Shown: piece after piece, positions 8,963 through 16,525 of the stretch | How the letters are laid out: each line of letters starts with the position of its first letter | Position numbering within the stretch: position 1 is the first letter of the stretch | Virus record (IMG/VR): IMGVR_UViG_3300029183_000027 | Span: 1-30,193 of that record | Source: a virus | Lineage: Duplodnaviria; Caudoviricetes | Length of the DNA stretch: 30,193 nt | Reading direction: 5' to 3' (one strand) | The notes under the pieces: generated by a model | Seen by the model: only the letters and a program-made list of their open reading frames with translations | Told to the model about the DNA's origin: nothing | The model's database searches: none | Program-made: the position numbers and the translations under genes

Positions 8963-10546
8963 CTATGACTGTTGCGCATCTACTGATGCTTTTCCGGCAT
9001 GTTCTGCCACTTTGCTCTGAGCTTTCTGCTCTTCAAGTCTACCAGCTTCTTCTAGTGCCTGTTGACGCTGTACTTCCATCTCTTCTGGAGTGTTCAATAA
9101 CTGTTTCCAATCAACGGAACGATTAGTGAATATGTAACTGGAGAACCGCATTGGGTTAATCGCAGCGCGTATCTCGTCCGGGATGTTCTGTAGCATCTGT
9201 AGGTCGGCCAGTGCTAGACGTAGGTTATCAAGTTGCCCTTCTCTGGACAAGCTCTCTAGGCCTGTAGTAACAAGAACCTCAAAGATTTCTATATTACTGT
9301 CTAACTCTTTATCGAAGTCGATCTGCGCTATAGCGTAGTCCGCTTCTTTCTGTTGCCAAGACATAGCTAACTGTGAATACAAGCCGCCGTATGAGCTTTC
9401 TAGCTCCGATGCAATAAGCCTAATCTCTTCTGCTGTAACGCGCTCTGCATCACGTACACTGGATAGTAGGAAGGCTTGGCTTAAGTCGTTCTCCCACTTA
9501 TTGATAGCAGCCATGATTACTTCAAGCTCACCGCGCTTTGCTACTTCGGGTACAGATATGTCTCCCTCGTTGCCGGGGAAGTATTGTCCTCTAGGTGCTC
9601 TATTAAGCTCACCTATTTGCATAGCTAGGCTAGAGCCTGTCTTCACGAGAAACTTAATGTCACATATAATAGCCATCAAGTCTGTAGCGGCGGCAGTCAT
9701 AACATCTAGTTCGTGGAACGTAGCTGCATGATCTTCTACCAAACCTCTGCCGTAATGTTCACCGGAAGCTAGGCTCCATGTGAGGGGAAGTAAGTCATAG
9801 TCATCAGCAGAAAGTACTTTATTGTTACCCAAAGGGGTTCCGTCAGCTTCCTGTGATATTTCCCAACGCCCGTCTTCTAGCTTAATATACCGGGTTAGAA
9901 GAATAACATCATCCTCGTCGCCTGTCACCTTAGCTTCTCTGCGTTGGTTCTCTTTGATTAGGATTTGAAGGGAGCTATCAAATGTACTGAGCTTTTTCTT
10001 GTCATGTAAAATGACTTCAAACTCGTTACCCTCTAAGTCTCTTCGAATGCCAAACCTGTCGATACCGTATAGAATACGCTTACCGGATGGCATACGCCTC
10101 AATAAGGCATTGCCGGATATGATAAGGTTCTTTGCAGCCATGATAGCTGTTGGCCTGTATTCTGTAAGACGTAGCTTTCTCATAGCTACCTTCTCAAGAC
10201 TAGATGTACTGTCTCGTACAAAATCCTGTACCTTGGCTATATTATCCTCACCATGCTCTTTCTTTATTTCTAAAAGAGCCTCTGGAGTAAGGGCTACTGT
10301 GAAGAACGGACGTGATATTGGGAACAGTACGTCGATCAATCTGTTAGACAGGTGATTTACAAGCCTAGCGCCAATCATAACGCTACTCTTCTGCTGTTCC
10401 TCTTTCTCGGTGTTATCCGCAGGAAGGACTGCTGGTATAGTCCACCGAGCGTAAGCACGGCTTCTCTCTACTAGGTCACCCTTCTCTAATTCCATTTCGC
10501 TCCATACATCTGAAATGCGGTGGGGCATTGTTTCCATGATGTCCAT
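8963..10546 (-). CDS. Portal (head-tail connector) protein
   Basis: 527 aa; 'GARLVNHLS..L...LFP...PFF', 'GEHYGRGLVE' and 'RDAERVTAEEIR' motifs. Confidence 0.95.
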   Translation of the reverse strand: MDIMETMPHRISDVWSEMELEKGDLVERSRAYARWTIPAVLPADNTEKEEQQKSSVMIGARLVNHLSNRLIDVLFPISRPFFTVALTPEALLEIKKEHGEDNIAKVQDFVRDSTSSLEKVAMRKLRLTEYRPTAIMAAKNLIISGNALLRRMPSGKRILYGIDRFGIRRDLEGNEFEVILHDKKKLSTFDSSLQILIKENQRREAKVTGDEDDVILLTRYIKLEDGRWEISQEADGTPLGNNKVLSADDYDLLPLTWSLASGEHYGRGLVEDHAATFHELDVMTAAATDLMAIICDIKFLVKTGSSLAMQIGELNRAPRGQYFPGNEGDISVPEVAKRGELEVIMAAINKWENDLSQAFLLSSVRDAERVTAEEIRLIASELESSYGGLYSQLAMSWQQKEADYAIAQIDFDKELDSNIEIFEVLVTTGLESLSREGQLDNLRLALADLQMLQNIPDEIRAAINPMRFSSYIFTNRSVDWKQLLNTPEEMEVQRQQALEEAGRLEEQKAQSKVAEHAGKASVDAQQS

Positions 10547-10833
10547 TATAGGCCACCAATAGGACTGGACACCTTCTTGTTAGAAGTGGTCTTACGTCTC
10601 GATCCGCGTTTAAGTAGTTCATCTGACGCCTTAGACGTACCGAACACTACGTCCGCACTGTCTCCGTCCCTGACCTTACTCAAGGCTGCTGCTTCTTTAG
10701 CTTGTGTCTCTTGACGCAGGTTAGCTGCCTTTTGGTCTTTTCGTTCTTTCTTGGCATTGATTACTGATGAAGCTGTGCTTGCTACGCCTAGGCCTAGCGC
10801 CGCTCCAGCAATAATTGTACTAAGTGCTGCCAT
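10546..10833 (-). CDS. Small virion/tail-assembly protein (gp7.3-like by position)
   Basis: 95 aa; Gly/Ala hydrophobic N-terminus and basic C-terminus; immediately upstream of portal with TAATG overlap. Confidence 0.6.
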   Translation of the reverse strand: MAALSTIIAGAALGLGVASTASSVINAKKERKDQKAANLRQETQAKEAAALSKVRDGDSADVVFGTSKASDELLKRGSRRKTTSNKKVSSPIGGL

Positions 10834-11245
10834 TGTATGTCTCCGTTAATATAAGCCTGTGGCTTTGTTCTATAGGAGAAAACCCCACTCTACGGAGTAT
10901 TTCCTCCGCTTGGGGGTTACTGTTCTCTAATGTACACATACGTATCTCGTCTACTTCGTGCTCTTTAGCTGCTGCTATGAATTTACGAAGTAGTCGATAA
11001 CCTGAGCTATCGGTAGAGAACCATCCAAGTTCTTGTAGATATGTCCAATTACGGAACATGTCTGGAACGACCATACCACCGATAAAACCATTATCGGATA
11101 CGAATACAATGCCGTTTGTGATTAGCTGGTACGTCATGTACTCAGTCTTATCGGGGTCTAACTCAATATCGAAATACTGTGTGTTAAATTTATACACCAG
11201 ATCAATGATATGATCCATGTCGGTGTGTTCTGCTTTACGGAGCAT
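10820..11245 (-). CDS. GNAT-family acetyltransferase
   Basis: 'MLRKAE..D', 'GFIGG', 'ELGWF...G.RLL' and 'RVGF...E' pattern; usual position in phiKMV-like phages. Confidence 0.75.
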   Translation of the reverse strand: MLRKAEHTDMDHIIDLVYKFNTQYFDIELDPDKTEYMTYQLITNGIVFVSDNGFIGGMVVPDMFRNWTYLQELGWFSTDSSGYRLLRKFIAAAKEHEVDEIRMCTLENSNPQAEEILRRVGFSPIEQSHRLILTETYNGST

Positions 11246-11433
11246 TAGAATACTGGTTTATTCAGTATTGTGTTAAGTTGCTCTCGTATAGTAAATTTCT
11301 GAAACTCTACTCCCATATCAAATCTGTCGTTATTTTTACCTAGAACTTCTGGCCGCAAGGCTATTCTAAGGCTGTCAATCACTTGACTAGACATATGGGT
11401 TACAGGAAGGAGCTGTGCTTCTACTTCACGCAT
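11245..11433 (-). CDS. Hypothetical protein, 62 aa
   Basis: GGAGAG RBS; TAATG overlap with the GNAT gene. Confidence 0.7.
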   Translation of the reverse strand: MREVEAQLLPVTHMSSQVIDSLRIALRPEVLGKNNDRFDMGVEFQKFTIREQLNTILNKPVF

Positions 11434-11572
11434 TTATACTCTCCGGGTTTTGTATTGCCTCTAGGTCTTCGTCAGAAACGAGCGCCTTTAGCGCAGCGGG
11501 TATCTCTACACCGCGCAATACAAAGTCTATAATGATAAGTAAGGCTTCGGAAGGGTCTAAGTCTTCATACAT
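11426..11572 (-). CDS. Hypothetical protein, 48 aa (below ORF-track cutoff)
   Basis: AGGAGAGG RBS then MYEDLDPSEALLIIIDFVLRGVEIPAALKALVSDEDLEAIQNPESINA*; fills the gap and overlaps the next start. Confidence 0.75.
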   Translation of the reverse strand: MYEDLDPSEALLIIIDFVLRGVEIPAALKALVSDEDLEAIQNPESINA

Positions 11573-11633
11573 AACCTCTCCTATTAGTTACCCGCCTAAC
11601 CGCAGATTGGCTACGATTAGGCAGGCGTGTATG

Positions 11634-11652
11634 TTCAATAGGGGGGATTAAG
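11634..11652 (-). promoter_or_regulatory. Candidate phage RNAP promoter (late)
   Basis: CTTAATCCCCCCTATTGAA directly after the RNAP stop codon; 16/19 identical to 16507-16525. Confidence 0.6.
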
Positions 11653-14103
11653 TTATCCGAAGAAGTAGTCCGATGCCAAAACCTCGTTAATATCCAGCGT
11701 ACCTCTAGCTGGAATAGGAGGCAACTCCATAGAGTGTCGCTCTTCGTGTGTACGTTTAAAGTTATCCAGTATGTCGTTCTCTGAATGTAACCGTACAAAC
11801 TGTCTACGTATAGCGGCTTGCATTACATCAACATCACATGCATGTGTACCAAAATCATCGTGGATCATGGCAAAAGACGTTATACCGTTATCCGCTGCGT
11901 CGTTTATAGTCATCATCATATGACAGGCATCTACGTGATGTACTAGGTTGGGACTAGAACCTTGCCTCTGCTTACGCACGTCAAGTTTGTCTGTACTCTT
12001 CGCTAGGTTAATCCTAAGCCTTCCACATATCTGCGTTTCGATCCGCTTAACCTTATAGTGATTGCTTACCTGTAATACCGGGAACCCAATAGGACTGGTA
12101 TATTCTATGTACAGGTTTTCCTTACTTAGGATTGAACTACACTCTTGTATCCAGTCCATCGCTTCTCTAGCTGCAATGACTACCTCACTGATACTGTCCC
12201 ATACTAAAGGACTAAGGTATAAGGCGTGTCTGAATTTAGTATTATTCTCAAACGCCTCTGGAATGTAATCATGTTGCCAGCTATATATACTCTGTGTACA
12301 GCTTTGTTGCACTGCGCCATACGGTAATGTCATAACGGGCTTCTTAGTTAAGCTGCGCGGAACCTTGTTGTCCGGTAAAGCACTAAGCCAGTTTACTGCT
12401 CCCCCGTCTCCATCTTTCTGACACGAATGTAGCTTTTCTTGGCATGTATCGGCAACGACTTGGTAAATATCTGCCGGAGTTTCGCTAGGAACGAGGTTGA
12501 CTGCTTTTCCTCCGATCTCGTCACGTAACATAGCGGAGAAGTGTTGTAAACCATTACAGGAACCGTCGAGTCCCACGGGCAGGTGAGACACGAATGTGGC
12601 CGGATACGGCTGTCTGGACATCTTCTCGAACTCAATACACCATGCGAGGAACTGATAGGGTTTATCTGCATCTGCCCATAAGGCCCGATTTCCAATAGGG
12701 TCTTCTCCCACCGCTCTCCATTTATCTCTGTTATCGTCCACCCATTTAACTCGATCATCATAACTTCCTTTGTCGTTTCCGTATTTGTTCGCGCCATTTA
12801 CTTTGAACCAATATAGACCGCGCTGGCCTAATCGCTTTCCTTCTGCGAACTCTATAAGGCCTTTGGCGTGATCTGTTCCTTGCGGAGACAGGCCATTAGA
12901 AGCGGAATATACCCGGCCTCTAAAATCACATTGATACACATACCAGAAGGCGTCTCGTGTAGAAAGCTCTCCGGCCATACGCATTGTACGTACTAGGGCT
13001 AGGTTCTTGGCCACCCGCTCTTTCTCTTTCGTGTACAATTCTCTCATATCCGCTTTCCATTCCCCGAAGGCCAACCTATCTGGATGATTAAGAGGTAATG
13101 AGTTAACGTCTACATCTTCTGCAATAGGCGCTTCTGGAAAGTCATACGGTTCTGATCTAGGCATGCCACATGACAGGTTCTTGGCCCATACCTCACGCAT
13201 AACATCCATCACTGCTGTATTAACTCTCCAAGCTGTCTTCTGCATAGAGTTAATCGCGTCTAGTACGGCAGGCATCTCTGCATTAGCATACAGAGCTTTC
13301 CTGTATTCACCTCCGCCTGTCGTTTTAATAAGGGGTGTACGATCTCGCATCTCCGGGATATAGTATCCACCGTCCGTTACTGTTACCCAATCGGCAGGCG
13401 GTACTAGGCACGGCATATGGTCTGGGCTAGTAAGCTCCATGAAACTGTCATGCTTCTTGATCCATTCAATGCACTCGTCTGTAGGTACAATATGCGCGGT
13501 GCTTTTGTTTCCTTTGTACGTGTAGGTTTTCTTAAGCAAATCCGTTACTTCTATAACGAGAGAGAGGATGACTGCGCCTACGCCCAATCTATCCTCTTTA
13601 CTCCAGTCCTTCCAGACCAAGCCTTTATCATTACCCTTCTTGACCAGCACTGTTCTCTTGTGGTTATAAGAGGATATATTCTTCCTGTCGAAGTCACGTA
13701 TCAGAGTATCGTAATACTCCTTGTACTCCGTCTGGAAGTGCATGAAGCGTAGCTCGTCCTCACATGATCGTCCTATGGATATACACATAGAAGCTAACGA
13801 ACGCGGCTTACCAAACACCGCACCAATGACTTGTCTAAGGGTTATCATTGATACCTTGTCCGTATCAATCGTCTTTACAAGCTGTGCGTATTTATTACGT
13901 CTACGTCCTTCTGGGTGTTTTCCTTCTAGGTACAGAGATATATGATCGGATATTGTGAGCACGTATCCACGTAAAATACTACTACCTGCCGAGGTCTCGT
14001 GAGCACGGGTATCCTTGGCAGCTAACTGCTGCGCTCGAAACCTACTCACGCCTCTATCCCTCATATCCTTTTCCCATTGAAGCTGGTCTTGGATTGTGCT
14101 CAT
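11653..14103 (-). CDS. Single-subunit DNA-directed RNA polymerase (T7-type)
   Basis: 816 aa; DFRGRVY, LDGSCNGLQH (motif A), RSLTKKPVMTLPYG (motif B), IHDDFGTH (motif C), C-terminal YFFG. Confidence 0.98.
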   Translation of the reverse strand: MSTIQDQLQWEKDMRDRGVSRFRAQQLAAKDTRAHETSAGSSILRGYVLTISDHISLYLEGKHPEGRRRNKYAQLVKTIDTDKVSMITLRQVIGAVFGKPRSLASMCISIGRSCEDELRFMHFQTEYKEYYDTLIRDFDRKNISSYNHKRTVLVKKGNDKGLVWKDWSKEDRLGVGAVILSLVIEVTDLLKKTYTYKGNKSTAHIVPTDECIEWIKKHDSFMELTSPDHMPCLVPPADWVTVTDGGYYIPEMRDRTPLIKTTGGGEYRKALYANAEMPAVLDAINSMQKTAWRVNTAVMDVMREVWAKNLSCGMPRSEPYDFPEAPIAEDVDVNSLPLNHPDRLAFGEWKADMRELYTKEKERVAKNLALVRTMRMAGELSTRDAFWYVYQCDFRGRVYSASNGLSPQGTDHAKGLIEFAEGKRLGQRGLYWFKVNGANKYGNDKGSYDDRVKWVDDNRDKWRAVGEDPIGNRALWADADKPYQFLAWCIEFEKMSRQPYPATFVSHLPVGLDGSCNGLQHFSAMLRDEIGGKAVNLVPSETPADIYQVVADTCQEKLHSCQKDGDGGAVNWLSALPDNKVPRSLTKKPVMTLPYGAVQQSCTQSIYSWQHDYIPEAFENNTKFRHALYLSPLVWDSISEVVIAAREAMDWIQECSSILSKENLYIEYTSPIGFPVLQVSNHYKVKRIETQICGRLRINLAKSTDKLDVRKQRQGSSPNLVHHVDACHMMMTINDAADNGITSFAMIHDDFGTHACDVDVMQAAIRRQFVRLHSENDILDNFKRTHEERHSMELPPIPARGTLDINEVLASDYFFG

Positions 14104-14492
14104 AAATTGGCCTTAAGTTTTGCTCTCTTTAGCCTAGCCTTTTTATTCCTAGCTAGACGCTTCTCTAATTCGGTCTTATGTGACGGGTATATGTAACCAC
14201 CATGTTTAGGTTCTACGTGTCTTTCAAGATACGCAACAAGCCTTCTCAAGAATGAAAGCACTTGTGTACGTCCTACACACCGGGTAGCTAGATTAGCTAT
14301 CTTGCCCTCCATACCATTACAGTTAAGGCACAGTACGTCACGTATGTATCCCGTAGTGTGGTCATGGTCTAAGGCGGGGTTTTTGCCTTTTGAACCTTTC
14401 ATAGATTTTAGACACAGTGGGCATATGTAATCCTGCTTCTTAAGAAGCGCCTGCCTTACTGCCGGAACCTGCGTCTGCTTTAGCTTTTTCAT
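14100..14492 (-). CDS. Endonuclease VII (Holliday junction resolvase)
   Basis: CPLC...LDHDHTTGYIRDVLCLNCN. Confidence 0.93.
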   Translation of the reverse strand: MKKLKQTQVPAVRQALLKKQDYICPLCLKSMKGSKGKNPALDHDHTTGYIRDVLCLNCNGMEGKIANLATRCVGRTQVLSFLRRLVAYLERHVEPKHGGYIYPSHKTELEKRLARNKKARLKRAKLKANL

Positions 14493-15417
14493 GTAATTCC
14501 TTTAACCAGTCTATCGGGGTTTCTCCCTTTACTCTCTTCATCCACAGTAACTCCATGTCACCCATAAGAGCTTTCTGCCATGTAGTCGGTTCCTGTGTGC
14601 GATAATCAATCCACTCGTGTTGGCTTTCGGAGTACAGCTTCTTGACTAACTCAAAGCACTCCAGATCATCCTTACACTCATGTATAAGATTATAAGCGGC
14701 CACCGGGCCACAGGACATAGACTTACCGTCTTTCTCTCGTGTGTACTTAGGAAGTCCTGCAATGTTGTCGGCGGTATCTCCCATAAGACACTGCGCCCAA
14801 AAGAATGATGTACCCCATCCTAGGACTTTGGCAGCAGACTTACTACGGTCTATCCACACAAGTCCGAAGGTGTCGTGAGAGTTGTCTATCAAGTCCTCTG
14901 TATCAAAGTCCCATATAAGGCCGGGGGCCATACGAAGGTCTTTGTCTTTGGACACGATTACAGATAGCTCTGGAGTACCTGCTTGACATGCTTCGTAGTT
15001 GGCCTGTGTCATCCCGTCATCAGCTTCCTGATCTAAATGGACAATACTGTTCAACTCTTCTCCAATGAAGTGTCTTATAGCGTCTAGGTCGGCAGGCTTC
15101 GCCTTGTCTGCTCTATTAGCTTGATACGGACGAGTAACGGCTACTTCGTTCCTACCCCCTTTGTTTGATCCGGGCGGGGTAATATGAGCAACATACTCTG
15201 TTGCGCCTACCTGTTTCATATGCATCTTCAATAGAGATACTACTTGTTCCTTTTTCTCGGTCAAAGTACGCATTGGCTTAATACCGTCTAGCTCGTCTTT
15301 ACGATCTGCCGCCGCAATGTAAGCAATTAAGTCTGCATCAATGTGAGCTACCCGACCTTTAACGGGCGCTAGGTAATCGTATTCTGGGTTCTGGCCGGGA
15401 AGATCATCCCCGGCCAC
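14440..15417 (-). CDS. 5'-3' exonuclease (gp6-like); start uncertain (GTG 15417 or ATT 15441)
   Basis: IDADLIAY, YQANR, EADD, SKDKDL and GDTADNIAGL motifs. Confidence 0.92.
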   Translation of the reverse strand: MAGDDLPGQNPEYDYLAPVKGRVAHIDADLIAYIAAADRKDELDGIKPMRTLTEKKEQVVSLLKMHMKQVGATEYVAHITPPGSNKGGRNEVAVTRPYQANRADKAKPADLDAIRHFIGEELNSIVHLDQEADDGMTQANYEACQAGTPELSVIVSKDKDLRMAPGLIWDFDTEDLIDNSHDTFGLVWIDRSKSAAKVLGWGTSFFWAQCLMGDTADNIAGLPKYTREKDGKSMSCGPVAAYNLIHECKDDLECFELVKKLYSESQHEWIDYRTQEPTTWQKALMGDMELLWMKRVKGETPIDWLKELHEKAKADAGSGSKAGAS

Positions 15418-15440
15418 TCCAAAGGTTTCTAATACGCTAA

Positions 15441-16376
15441 TTAGTCTAGTCCCAGATCAGCGAGGATGTCGTCTCCAGCAGGAGCTTCTTCTTTTGGTTC
15501 CTCTTTAGGTTCTTCCTTCGGCTCTTCTTTTGGAGCAGGTTTTTCTTCCTCGGCTTCCTCTTCGGGTTCCTCAATGGTCTCGACCTTAGTTTTAGCTTTA
15601 GTCTTTTTCTTCTCTGTCTTAGGCTTCATCTGGTCAGCAAGATCGCCTGCTCCAGCTAGAAACGCCTCAAGCGCAGAGCCTTCAAAGTCTTCTGCCTCTT
15701 GGCAAATACGTTGGATAAAGTTCTTACTCACAGTAATCTCCTTATCACCTTCCTTCTTGGTGTAGTCTCCATCAATGAAGATACTTGCCCACTGCTCGGA
15801 TGTTGGTGCATCCCACAATAACAGCTTAGGCTCTAGTGTCATTTCTGGTACAGGTGTAGGTGTACTTGTATCTGCCACGGGATCGTAGATTACTGGCGGA
15901 CCTACGTTCCATCCGTTCTCGTCTTTGATATTAACGAATGTTCGCTTGTTACCATCCTTCTCGCTCACGTTATGTGATACCTTGATAAGGAACCCTTCGC
16001 CTAGCATCTGGGCCATATGCTTAATGTCCTGACGACCTGCGGCCATCTTCATAAGCAACTTATAGAAGCCGGATTTCTCGTTACTGGATACTTTAATCCA
16101 TTCAGTATGTGTGTTTGGACGAGTAAACTTCTCGCCATCTTTTTCATACTCTACGATATTTTTCTTACTATTAAGTTCAAACGTAAGAAGGGCCATAAGT
16201 GCTGGAGGCTTTTCTTGGCCTTTATAGGGTCGCTGAGGTTGTTTACCTATTTCAACATAGCCTGTAAAGCGCGCTGTTGTATATCCTTCTGGTGCTACAG
16301 AAGGTGTGAAGCCTTTAGTAACTTCGGTCTGATCTACTACCTCATTGGAGGCTTTAGCTTGATCTAAAATACTCAT
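15441..16376 (-). CDS. Putative single-stranded DNA-binding/replication protein
   Basis: 311 aa between DNA polymerase and exonuclease; 'ARFTGYVEIGKQ' motif; long acidic tail with EEPK repeats ending in a hydrophobic tip. Confidence 0.6.
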   Translation of the reverse strand: MSILDQAKASNEVVDQTEVTKGFTPSVAPEGYTTARFTGYVEIGKQPQRPYKGQEKPPALMALLTFELNSKKNIVEYEKDGEKFTRPNTHTEWIKVSSNEKSGFYKLLMKMAAGRQDIKHMAQMLGEGFLIKVSHNVSEKDGNKRTFVNIKDENGWNVGPPVIYDPVADTSTPTPVPEMTLEPKLLLWDAPTSEQWASIFIDGDYTKKEGDKEITVSKNFIQRICQEAEDFEGSALEAFLAGAGDLADQMKPKTEKKKTKAKTKVETIEEPEEEAEEEKPAPKEEPKEEPKEEPKEEAPAGDDILADLGLD

Positions 16377-16506
16377 AGGTTATCCTTTTTTATACCTAGT
16401 TTATTATAATACTCTTGTACTTCTACTACTTCAACAATAAGTTTAAAAGTATATAGTTATTAAATAATGTTTTATCTTATTATACATTACTCATATCTAT
16501 CCTTTC

Positions 16507-16525
16507 TTCTATAAGGGGCATTAAG
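16507..16525 (-). promoter_or_regulatory. Candidate phage RNAP promoter (middle)
   Basis: CTTAATGCCCCTTATAGAA overlapping the DNA polymerase stop. Ends in TATAGAA(G) like the SP6 initiation region. Confidence 0.6.

Noticed and set aside
15484-15545. Tandem EEPK-coding repeats
   Set aside because: Degenerate coding repeats in the acidic tail of the SSB-like protein.
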